Source of the DNA: a candidate division FCPU426 bacterium
GTDB taxonomy: Bacteria > Oederibacteriota > JAAXVQ01 > JAUVAV01
DNA length: 20,927 bases
NCBI GenBank assembly: GCA_030637655.1
Contig: DAOWGI010000062.1
Span: 1 to 20,927, forward strand
Direction: 5' to 3'
Of the stretch, positions 10,001 to 14,764 are shown piece by piece. Every line of letters begins with the position of its first letter. Within the stretch, counting starts at the first letter, position 1. The notes below the pieces were generated by a model. That model had not been told where the DNA came from and did not search any database. It was given only the letters and a program-made list of their open reading frames with translations. The position numbers and the translations under genes were made by a program.

Positions 10001-13000
10001 ATGATCTGAATCGTTTATTAAGCCCGGTTTTTCGCACTGAAAAACCAACCCCCTTATCTAATGCCGTGATTGCCGCCTTAATATCTGCAGCTATCCTCAT
10101 TTTAATGCATTACCTCACGCCAGTGTATCCAATTATCGCAATTCTTGCCGGTATCGTGGCCTGGATAGTTTTACACGTGAAAACCAATATATGGTTTGCT
10201 GAAAAAGACCTGAAAACACATGAAGTATTGATTGATAAGGCAACCCAGGCGATTGGAAATGAAGAGTATGATAAGGCTTTTCACCTTATTAACCAGGCAT
10301 TGGTCCTGATTAATAACAATACGGAATGGGTTTCAGAGCGAATGCAGAGAAAAATCTACAATATTCTTGATGAAATTAGTGAGCAGCCTAATGCTCAGCT
10401 ATTTCCTTTGATGAATGTTTGGCATGAAGGCTTAAAGAAAACAAAAGGCGCGTTGGTAGAGATAAAAGGAAAAATAAATTGGCTAAATGAGTTTCAAAAG
10501 GACAAAGGGGCGGCGGATACTAGACAAAATATTCGGCTGAAAGAAGTTGATTTTACGGATAATGTACTAGGACTAAATTCAATTATTGCTGATAGATATG
10601 TATTATTGGACCGGATTGGTGGATATGTAGCTGCTAATGATATTTATTTTGAAGCCTGGGATGAAATAGACGAAAAAAACGTTTTTATTATGATATCTAA
10701 CAGCCGGGAGCAATTTGATAAAAAAATGCTAAACGAATACCTGGCATTAACGCAATTAGATGGTATAGCAGGCATACCAAAAGCACATTTTGCGGGTCAT
10801 TTTCAGTGGAAAGAACAAGAATGCGCGTTTTGTGTAATAGATAAGGTGAAAGGCAATACACTGGAGAGTATTTTAAAAGAAATTCATACTACTGAAAAAC
10901 AGGTTATCAGAATTGCTTCAAAAATATTTAATATATTGGATGAGATTCATGCTTTGGGATTTACGCATAATGCTATTAATGCCGGTAGTATAATGATTTC
11001 TTCTAGGGAACCTTCTTTAATCAATTTTAGCCAAGCCAAACGAAGCACAGATGAAGATGAGCGTAAAGAAGATATAAATGCTGTTATCGAATTAATCCGT
11101 GAAATGATGAAGAAAATTCCGGAAAGACCTCATTCTGAGCTGATTATGCATGAATTAGATAAACTTAAAGCTACTAGTCCAGGCATTGAAGAAGTGAGAG
11201 CGGTTTTCGGGAAAATATTACATAATATTGAACTGAATAATCTTCCAGAGAAAGAAGAAGGCGGGATTTATGAATATGGCGTGCCGATAGGCAAACGAAA
11301 CAGTTATTTTGATACCTGGTGGTTTCTGTTTCTGCGGCAAGGCGCCGCGCTGCTGCTGGGAGTGTTATTCATTGTTCCGTCTATCGGAGCTACATATACT
11401 CCATTGTCAGTTAAAAAAATAAATAATTGTCCGCAGATGCTGGCATTCAAGCTAAGTCATGGGATGACCAGCCCGGCGTCGATAATAAAAGATAATCCTG
11501 AAAACATAACCCTGAAACAGGTTGACTGGCTGGAATTTATGGTGCGCACAGTGCTTGGTTTTTGGCAAAATGAGAATGAGTTTTACGCAACCCGCGGCAT
11601 GCTCGCAGCGCTTGATCTGGACACTTTAAACAAAAAAGAAAAAGGAATGTCCCTACGGTCATCTTTGGCCAAACAATTATTAATCCTGAGCCTGGAGCAC
11701 CAGAGTAAGAGGTACGAGAGAACCATAAAATGGCAGGTGAGGTTCGTTAAATGGGGATTGAATCCCTCGGATAAGATCAAATTGTACAAAGAGGAAGTGG
11801 AAGAAGCTGAAGAGATAAAAAAATCGCAAAAAGACGCGACAACATATACTGAGCATTACACGGGAAAAGATTCCCGCGACCTGACGCCAACTGATCTGGG
11901 CCGGTTATTTGAAGAATTAACGGCGGATATTAATACTCACCAGGCGGAAACTGTAGAAGTTAAGAAGACTGATAAAAAGAAAGTGCGTGATCTGCTGAAA
12001 GACAATAAATTGCTAGGAAGAAAAGACGGCAATGAAAAATTGCTGGCAGCCTTGGAATCAGATAAAAACACCCTCTGGCAGGTACTATTACAAGAATTTC
12101 GCGGCCAAAGCGGCGAGGATTTGGTAGCTGCCAATGTTGTCGAAGCTGTGCTGAAATCATTGCAGGAAAAAGATAAGGACGCAGATAAGCAAAACGTGAA
12201 GCGTATGACAGAAAAAAATAAAGGCGTGAAAGAAATATACGCGGTCGCAGCGCCTGCTGCGGTTGAATTTATGAATAAGGCTTTAGAAAATATTAGTATT
12301 GAGAATAATTCGGAATTGCAAACAAGAGTAAAGAACTTCAAAGCGTTATTGGAGGCGTTGCCCACCCAAACTCAAAGCAAGGCCGGCCAGTTGGCGGAGC
12401 TGGATTTGTCTGATGAAGAAGTAAGGAGCGCTGTGGCAGGAGAACTGGATCGGTTGCATGCCAAGGATGAAGCGCTGGCTGCGGAGATAGGCAAAGAGGA
12501 GGATGAAACAGTTTATTCAGTTTGCGATGCCAAAAGAAAGATAGTCACACTTAAGACCACGGCCGGGAAAGAGCGTGTGGTTTTGGCTGCGAATATTGGG
12601 GAAGTTATTGATAAAACACTATTGAAAGAGAAAATTATGAAAAAAGTAAACGCCGGCACCTTAAAATGGTTTGAATTTAAAGGCCGGGAAACAAAAATGA
12701 CGGATGAAATAGAGCCAAATATAATTGAGAAAATTGGATTTGCGGTGCTAATGTTGTTTGTGCCGAGATTGCCTGCAGGGGTCAAAAATATAATTATGCC
12801 CCAGGTACTAAAAGATAAGGCGTGCCAGATTGCGAATATAAATCGAGCGGCCGACTTGGCTAAGAGGGATTTGGAAGAAAAGGATGGATTCAAGGATGCC
12901 GGCATAAATATTGACAAGATTGCCCTGGCAGAGGAATTCAGGCGGCCTAATAGTTATTTGCGCCAACAGTACCGGCGCATGGCGCAAAATCCGGGTGACC

Positions 13001-13446
13001 TTAAATTGCAGGCGGAGTTTGCCAGGAGTATAGTCAGGTTTATGACTAAATACGAAGAAATTCATATAAATAAAACACAAGCTGATACCGAGGGATGGAC
13101 TGCGAAAGATAGAAACCGGATGATTATTATGTATGCCACCCGGCTGGTGGAGAACCTGAATTCCATTCCCATAATTGAAAACCTGGCCCACCCGGAGACA
13201 GGTTATGAAGTGCTGGAAAACAAGTGGGGCAAAAGGTATAATACGAAACCATTGGGCAATGTCTCTATTCTGGCGATCTTATTTCCCAAGGCACTGAACG
13301 AAAAACAAAAAGGGGTATTGGGAATGCGCGGGACCGCGGGTATTCTGGCGGACTATCTGGAAAGAAATCATTTTATTATTGATGATAATATAAGAGAAAA
13401 GCATTTCAAACGGATGTTCAAACTTCTCATGGGCGCGGCTGCTTAA
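1..13446 (+). CDS. Giant multi-domain, multi-pass membrane protein (at least 4481 aa, 5'-truncated)
   Basis: Frame +1 is open from base 1 (EEGAFDTVNTDKISTFPIKKIREQVSDYFVKQGKITGAEY...) to TAA at 13444-13446, so the GTG at 73 is probably internal. About seven hydrophobic clusters (~1630-1790, 4810-4930, 5250-5580, 6050-6220, 6830-7300, 9760-10200, 11320-11400), internal repeats and recognisable J, FHA and kinase folds. Confidence 0.93.
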   Translation, partial: EEGAFDTVNTDKISTFPIKKIREQVSDYFVKQGKITGAEYYACTSEQDIRLVGIETPELYKASQQAVRAFLNAESQGYCYDLRDMLEELKADIYNSQLLKFDNKRMAYREGYLDILKYSAYLHRSAHQLKLDLSVYPNLARFLSLKQNIFSPKVDPDQLFQELDKLDANIRGHLYSNKTQQELDELYTRLDIIERLLNISVSPEELQAFRTERKKYTMQEFANFINTVGANGGSPLQLDPEMYALDEYLKQVDNFYRLADERSLHFVDNLVRKMDHFDEKLAVMINGGFHTDKVLAELKRRDITHVSIKPRVTRHDVVNPYFTLLQDRKTPLEKLLAKNQTIMGLLTSWSFKSFLLRAEFTVKSLLKLASPARQSEALTWLAKNNMVEVISLSPDELDELRVEIPKGVELLSTSLESAGGKSVFVLVAPEGRINPRLLRKITLLPTEFIAGATLSVLESPDQVVQAIEKISSHRAVKFAINIFYLPVSALNWLRAGAKALADRWFEARQTAERESRSIIYQDFTTFLKYCHKYYPGKAGFLQLLVRRLGLGIMFGLAPIMAISIMITALHLGDALNAANITALLLAMIMATYFYQEKAVKAYDSLFDFVHTVYDTLMPHYLRLEMDLETALKNIKKFTETGEIDKVGQLLEVISKIRQKTRGQGKIAEAEEARRAEEVEEIISKYGTWGKSIPVLFFYADNTSPEYLFLSNKQLRVGLLYGIVEDRNNKLIIEAGERIPYLYMAIDAAREKKVDGIFADILTMLKEMTEQSTTPNKKNDRYKKIIKLIHDKKNEEVFKQKAFIALGMLDVVEAKVKNINFESPRAYSRSTYNWKDWLKHNNAFLQEFPEPSYNPNESISTASEFQRIEMQISASLKVFKEICDCCDMLADSEKIPKEYIAGIQTQIEANEVHSNFEVYSGLSAAFKLLKALNDNEAPAKVNPAYKSFLEARAALESYATRLVSRRHGLAHISWTAEDTKRAISGEHGVQYSPEDIRKTVLEYVKKRQFTIGGNVFVPVCDVSSDSTDKKEWVNIDEIIFFMRNNKHLIADDWHDFYNAIKNGSWNIIPIGIQVYALRKKMAEAYRKSLGNKEGVIVEEVEIDIDIAVKGIEEGYLYWDKDINMLRAAGGQGINEVAQKYVREYLEKELKRKTSDIVSAEKAAQEKKVDEILDDIHDMLKEMKDYPTIHSINHIKIAGYREVIEAIHDKWTKSGILQQRKTALALEMLIFTETQARSYGSDEVDPVDLLDDIKVYFQSSAFGNRPELFEAASKVAHNKGRIAAPLELANEICECFNMLADSKKIPEKYIIGIQTQIEEHEGQGDFAVYSGLPEALNLLIALNNDEAPAKVDAAYSSFLEQLNTMPKIRATRLEKAVMQLGWDKTFSEKDFMELESIISKLVKYNSDTIELDIEITMEFFKRFTARPLNQKARSILRKAIESSKKEEDRIYKIGKAIAAISDNLPGELPDICRNISILADNFDTKPFSARDILRLRIKLARQTKKLYRYNPEVLWLTTAIDLLIAFQSDELDGTDELLKKFKRDRRSVSELPQKDDLLKSIETLAAKYLSKTRDSKSVKASGTKPADTSSGEKSEQLIHKRDLKYSAILALIFLAVGIWQTASSGFGLLPGLLFVFSFSILYTFQAKWRGLQGKESTALDEELKSPLVSHRAHALAHEYINNHKYINKIGAAFGIKNLSDFELPVHMVDFLFCLKAYRQIRAKKEMALGTIFQSFRSEKLSVFHKLKWRSENMMLMSMMLILPIMLIPMNFISWLFIDSTIIALPLSLIFHTINNRTNNKFLSRLKKFMGGSLVFVLAIHSLKGLSFAGEQANAQFSGGLYGIGFSIALVVGWILFLSIPAVLRNKQKKSPGAGDGWQTLPMTTVFHVVYKGPIQIEGSAGKTFWIFSYDHLPRPLKKQLDSNFEYYVIDFDELEIEEKGGKGYKGLNMGNVFDVEKISGRFRHHGHLLVYLKDNMFSFLTYAEKRFQIRVHDNQLRLLFYTIHTWKNNKFLSRLKKFMGGSLVFILATRGLKGLSFAGEQANAQVSGLYGTNTLIGISLVAVLIVLYIIYRLIRGKEKIKKEKSTGAALAPESLRWEKPKPTGPLKDTYIVDLLREFDKFSNVDPEDVEKFLEIKLELTGRNITELLIQDKYQENSMFLELPELKMDEIAKKMWFRGVFKPWIKPYFPGKEINLLSSGIKPVDIKPLSNPPLDTRFGFENITINEKIKTPRNYFIRQLLEPINKIKKNVSRFFAGWMFLLDERIKARTASLDENMTALDLIVWGVSAGAFMSKKVAPKARSESPDGMKGVFYGIILPILETWLIAAVVSSFGMTMSMWGLAFIFAALHTITRWLWHAKKNGWKLTEFTLDNHKILWNEIYNRERIKQDIFDFAIRYGMGVLYIWPFSTAIALQHAVAISATFHIVYNSCALIFNPFIEQFFGQWGIKFRLPLTALVHTEGTQGPAKPAQAQYSEDENKVDGIFDNIEMMLWKINTFPNSYIVSRIEIYRYRKVIEPIHDKWKTSEDLRQIKTALALQMLRFTEMKVRSKSKHSDSIDFLNSIYSTFEMLSFSNERHKLFRTAYTWVPNDEEQIPAYQELFNDIYECFHMLADSEKIPIEYITGIKAMSKENQGNAQYEKFSTAFNLLMALNNNEAPAEVDAAYKSFLKQFNKDIVHPMTLLESAVICLGWHKSEGPPINNVIDDITKLAKSDIENITGMDVLKLRIQLTQTLQRIGENSDKFIMCNAALDLLVAFQAGKLNGVEGFLRRFRNARKYYREEKIIELAKTIETLAAEYLPKQSSQDVEQLLEDIHNLMKNNPLGGEDVTLESGHVHKFAALYEKSVEILKQDRLGKAESEKVELGKAAIELLTSLYVHTTYKTVDEAYNEFLSSYQKLNIPDEDPDKKRFIQAAKKLVNERKQEIADRRIKFEANNPQFTKDFAQMKSIVKFGVRWKKIILSVLAPEDEQSQNKFSEDLDRQLGFLAEGVADIEHFLQTTQGNSARESLNLGFAAVEVIEQKVKEEMDKKSPYAVLGASSGNNMEVFRNKWRVLSKKYLPNQTDGFALAIEAMMFIKGQDAYEELKNKLTGGQEEWSLLEPDIPYVIKYTKPIELKLAPQTLWIYSYNDLPEKARENLNATIPYFIINHGNLKFEDIDSLGFTDKSDRGFNGLRNKAVFLVGRKTAGRLGLHKNKFISGEHLTVMHIDGLFYFTDLRSTNGTKIRIPKKTLLGGKSELLKMWTLKWFGITEADYEENLVFIETAWSLAAGLVGALAILGCSLAGWPIFTEWLPFITELFPTGTVMEFFLSTLTLALIAFPFLHLDKVFNWVLDKAPHDLNRLLSPVFRTEKPTPLSNAVIAALISAAILILMHYLTPVYPIIAILAGIVAWIVLHVKTNIWFAEKDLKTHEVLIDKATQAIGNEEYDKAFHLINQALVLINNNTEWVSERMQRKIYNILDEISEQPNAQLFPLMNVWHEGLKKTKGALVEIKGKINWLNEFQKDKGAADTRQNIRLKEVDFTDNVLGLNSIIADRYVLLDRIGGYVAANDIYFEAWDEIDEKNVFIMISNSREQFDKKMLNEYLALTQLDGIAGIPKAHFAGHFQWKEQECAFCVIDKVKGNTLESILKEIHTTEKQVIRIASKIFNILDEIHALGFTHNAINAGSIMISSREPSLINFSQAKRSTDEDERKEDINAVIELIREMMKKIPERPHSELIMHELDKLKATSPGIEEVRAVFGKILHNIELNNLPEKEEGGIYEYGVPIGKRNSYFDTWWFLFLRQGAALLLGVLFIVPSIGATYTPLSVKKINNCPQMLAFKLSHGMTSPASIIKDNPENITLKQVDWLEFMVRTVLGFWQNENEFYATRGMLAALDLDTLNKKEKGMSLRSSLAKQLLILSLEHQSKRYERTIKWQVRFVKWGLNPSDKIKLYKEEVEEAEEIKKSQKDATTYTEHYTGKDSRDLTPTDLGRLFEELTADINTHQAETVEVKKTDKKKVRDLLKDNKLLGRKDGNEKLLAALESDKNTLWQVLLQEFRGQSGEDLVAANVVEAVLKSLQEKDKDADKQNVKRMTEKNKGVKEIYAVAAPAAVEFMNKALENISIENNSELQTRVKNFKALLEALPTQTQSKAGQLAELDLSDEEVRSAVAGELDRLHAKDEALAAEIGKEEDETVYSVCDAKRKIVTLKTTAGKERVVLAANIGEVIDKTLLKEKIMKKVNAGTLKWFEFKGRETKMTDEIEPNIIEKIGFAVLMLFVPRLPAGVKNIIMPQVLKDKACQIANINRAADLAKRDLEEKDGFKDAGINIDKIALAEEFRRPNSYLRQQYRRMAQNPGDLKLQAEFARSIVRFMTKYEEIHINKTQADTEGWTAKDRNRMIIMYATRLVENLNSIPIIENLAHPETGYEVLENKWGKRYNTKPLGNVSILAILFPKALNEKQKGVLGMRGTAGILADYLERNHFIIDDNIREKHFKRMFKLLMGAAA
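682..705 (+). repeat. GTAG-type REP palindrome located in-frame within the giant CDS
   Basis: gtag-gggcgaac-ggcg-gttcgccc, with an 8-bp perfect stem. Same family as the REP at 13776-13800. Translates as VGANGGSP. Confidence 0.8.
2239..2883 (+). repeat. Internal module A, copy 1
   Basis: AAREKKVDGIF...MLADSEKIP...ALNDNEAPAKVNPAYKSFLE...TRL. Nucleotide blocks at 2659 and 2788 match those at 3886/4015 and 7822/7942. Confidence 0.9.
3481..4707 (+). repeat. Internal module A, copy 2 (with C-terminal extension)
   Basis: AAQEKKVDEIL...MLADSKKIP...ALNNDEAPAKVDAAYSSFLE...TRLEKAVMQLGW...IETLAAKYLSK. Confidence 0.9.
5386..5508 (+). repeat. Direct repeat B, copy 1 (123 bp)
   Basis: Encodes NNKFLSRLKKFMGGSLVFVLAIHSLKGLSFAGEQANAQFSG. 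Hand count gives 8 mismatches to 6016-6138. Confidence 0.95.
5623..5940 (+). other. Degenerate FHA-associated module (paralog of 9277-9672)
   Basis: KTFWIFSYDHLP...YYVID...KGYKGL...HL aligns with QTLWIYSYNDLP...YFIIN...RGFNGL...HL. The GR and STNGT motifs are absent. Confidence 0.65.
6016..6138 (+). repeat. Direct repeat B, copy 2
   Basis: Encodes NNKFLSRLKKFMGGSLVFILATRGLKGLSFAGEQANAQVSG; lies 630 bp downstream of copy 1. Confidence 0.95.
6925..7356 (+). other. Membrane module resembling CPBP/Abi intramembrane proteases (degenerate)
   Basis: LETW (E at 6955), FAALH (7027-7041) and HIVYN (7264-7278) on TM helices, matching the CPBP motif order EE..R / FxxxH / HxxxN but with only one Glu. 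Confidence 0.5.
7423..8394 (+). repeat. Internal module A, copy 3
   Basis: ENKVDGIF...IHDKW...KTALAL...MLADSEKIP...ALNNNEAPAEVDAAYKSFL...LESAVICLGW...IETLAAEYLPK. Block 8362-8394 matches 4675-4707. Confidence 0.9.
9082..9252 (+). other. Degenerate DnaJ J-domain
   Basis: SPYAVLG...FRNKWRVLSKKYLPN...QDAYEEL follows the J-domain pattern dpYevLG...ikkaYrkLakkyHPD...ineAYevL. HPD is replaced by LPN (9166-9174). Confidence 0.7.
9277..9672 (+). other. FHA domain with an N-terminal associated segment
   Basis: VFLVGR (GR at 9535-9540), ISGEH and DLRSTNGT (STNGT at 9643-9657) are the canonical FHA signature residues. Confidence 0.85.
9760..10200 (+). other. Second CPBP-like membrane module (degenerate)
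   Basis: IETAW (E at 9775), FPFLH (H at 9958) and HVKTN (10174-10188), in the same order as at 6925-7356. Confidence 0.45.
10582..11220 (+). other. Hanks-type Ser/Thr kinase fold, pseudokinase
   Basis: IIADRYVLLDRIGG, EAWD, NEYLALTQL, GIPK, KVKGNTL and LDEIHALGFTH follow kinase subdomain order. VAIK is VFIM (10681), HRD is HNA (10966) and DFG is NFS (11023). Confidence 0.8.
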
Positions 13447-13483
13447 AAAGTGGGGAGCGCTAAAAAAGAGCGCAAAGAATTTC

Positions 13484-13551
13484 TTTTGACAGGATTAACA
13501 GGATATACGGGATTTTAAATAAATCCTCTCAATCCTGTTATCCTGTCAAAA
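13484..13551. repeat. Imperfect inverted repeat built from caggat units (could also act as a terminator)
   Basis: ttttgacaggattaacaggat ... atcctgttatcctgtcaaaa: about 20-bp arms with one 1-nt bulge, starting 37 bp after the giant ORF stop. Confidence 0.8.
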
Positions 13552-13635
13552 ATCTTTGTTTCAAAAAGTGTGTCTTAACACATCCAAAACAAGTATCCGC
13601 GTTGTTAAATAGCACATACTGAATATCCCGAACGC

Positions 13636-13730
13636 ATCCCCCTTTTTGAAAAGGGGGATTGAGGGGGATTTTGCATACGAGCGGGCGTTTTGTTGATTAA
13701 ATCCCCCCTGCCCTCTTTACAAAAGGGGGA
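13636..13730. repeat. Inverted pair of CCCCCTTT...AAAGGGGG palindromic repeats
   Basis: atccccctttttgaaaagggggattgagggggattt (13636-13671) and the inverted copy aaatcccccctgccctctttacaaaaggggga (13699-13730). Confidence 0.8.
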
Positions 13731-13775
13731 GAAAGACTAAAGTCCGACCCGCCCCTAGGACGATGCGTTGGTGGC

Positions 13776-13800
13776 GGGCGAACACAAGGTTCGCCCCTAC
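13776..13800 (-). repeat. GTAG-type REP
   Basis: The minus strand reads gtaggggcgaaccttgtgttcgccc. Confidence 0.9.
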
Positions 13801-13888
13801 TGGAATATAAATATCATGCAGGTATGACCAACCTTTGTTTAACTGCAATTCACTGATATGCCGTGATACTAAATTTTTCAGAAAAAAG

Positions 13889-13917
13889 TTGACAAACCAA
13901 TAGACGCACGGTAAAAT
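13889..13917 (+). promoter_or_regulatory. Sigma70-type promoter
   Basis: TTGACA (13889-13894), 17-bp spacer, TAAAAT (13912-13917), with an A/T-rich upstream segment. Confidence 0.8.
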
Positions 13918-13965
13918 TTTCAAGACTTTTATTTTTGTTGATAAATCTGTCACATTTTAAAAATA

Positions 13966-13974
13966 AAGGAGGTG
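13966..13974 (+). promoter_or_regulatory. Strong Shine-Dalgarno sequence
   Basis: AAGGAGGTG, 9 nt upstream of the ATG at 13984. Confidence 0.8.
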
Positions 13975-13983
13975 AAAACATAT

Positions 13984-14202
13984 ATGAAGAAAGTTTTAGC
14001 CTTAATGCTGACAGTCTTATTTAGCGGTTCCATGCTGATGGTTGCCGGCTGCGCTCCCAAGGCAGCAGAACAAGCAGCGCCGGCAGTGGAAGAAGCAGTA
14101 GCTCCGGCAGTCGAAGGAGAAGCAGCAGTCGAAGGAGAAGCAGCGGTCGAAGGAGAAGCAGCAGTTGAAGAAGCAGCTCCAGCAGCCGAAGAAGTAGAGT
14201 AA
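13984..14202 (+). CDS. Small acidic Ala/Glu-rich lipoprotein (72 aa)
   Basis: Signal peptide MKKVLALMLTVLFSGSMLMVAG-C with a VAGC lipobox, then a low-complexity AAVEGE tail. Has its own promoter, RBS and terminator. The GTG at 13972 lies inside the RBS, so 13984 is the preferred start. Confidence 0.85.
   Translation: MKKVLALMLTVLFSGSMLMVAGCAPKAAEQAAPAVEEAVAPAVEGEAAVEGEAAVEGEAAVEEAAPAAEEVE
14107..14160 (+). repeat. 3 x 18-bp in-frame tandem repeat (AVEGEA)
   Basis: gcagtcgaaggagaagca twice, then gcggtcgaaggagaagca. Confidence 0.95.
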
Positions 14203-14231
14203 GCGTAAAGTAACAATAGAATTACATATAC

Positions 14232-14275
14232 ACGGTGGAAACTTATAGTAATATAGGTTTCCACCGTTTTGTTTT
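14232..14275 (+). terminator. Rho-independent terminator
   Basis: acggtggaaacttata-gtaa-tataggtttccaccgt (16-bp stem with one G-U pair) followed by tttgtttt. Confidence 0.85.
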
Positions 14276-14357
14276 GCAGGGAAGGATTTTCCCGGTAGGT
14301 CTGGATATGGAATTTTTGTGATTTTTCGATTGTTTTTTTGAAAATTGCCACCTGTGT

Positions 14358-14454
14358 GTAGGGGCGATTCCATGTAATCGCCCCTATGGATATACGGGTA
14401 ACCAGAATCAGGAGAAAAACGCCATCGGGGGCGAAAACATGGTTTCGCCCCTAC
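14358..14454. repeat. Inverted pair of GTAG-type REPs
   Basis: gtaggggcgattccatgtaatcgccccta (14358-14386) and gggggcgaaaacatggtttcgcccctac (14427-14454). Confidence 0.88.
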
Positions 14455-14582
14455 AGTTTATTTTTTCTTCACTGACATATTACAAAAAATCAATAATTAT
14501 TCTTCGTTTTTTTGCTTAATTCGTTTTATAATGATCATTCTGTTAGGTTACAGCATGCTGTGTTTAAAGAGTCGGCGACTCA

Positions 14583-14745
14583 ATCGCGGATGAAATGATT
14601 GTAATGCCGAATCATATACACGGGATAATTAACATCGTAGGGGCGACCCTCGCAGTCGCCCCAATAATCGCGGGTGCCCGCCCGGGAATTTAAAACCTTG
14701 GGGTGAATCCCATGGGACAGGGCGACCGCAAGGGTCGCCCCTACG
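14583..14745 (+). pseudogene. Relic of a REP-associated tyrosine transposase (HUH-motif fragment)
   Basis: IADEMIVMPNHIHGIINIVGATLAVAP (14583-14663) contains the MPNHIHGI HUH motif. It is bounded by in-frame stops at 14565 and 14691. RATARVAPT follows at 14719-14745 in another frame. Confidence 0.75.
14637..14744. repeat. REP doublet (REPIN-like)
   Basis: gtaggggcgaccctcgcagtcgcccc (14637-14662) and inverted gggcgaccgcaagggtcgcccctac (14720-14744). Confidence 0.88.
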
Positions 14746-14764
14746 GATGATGAACGGAGGGAAT

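Noticed and set aside
13457-13473. Terminator hairpin gcgct...agcgc after the giant ORF
   Set aside because: Only a 5-bp stem with no adjacent U-tract.
13717-13953. Short minus-strand ORFs over repeats (also 14629-14874, 20544-20771 and 20716-20925)
   Set aside because: Translations of REP palindromes, or antisense to the RAYT gene; no coding evidence.
13950-14373. Minus-strand ORFs 13950-14351 and 14017-14373
   Set aside because: Antisense shadows of the repetitive lipoprotein gene, which has the promoter, RBS and terminator.
14503-14532. Sigma70 promoter using TATAAT at 14527-14532
   Set aside because: TTGCTT lies only 9 bp upstream and no good -35 is correctly spaced; possible but unsupported.
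13484-14744. CRISPR array among the intergenic palindromes
   Set aside because: The repeats differ in sequence and orientation, spacing is irregular, and no cas genes are visible.
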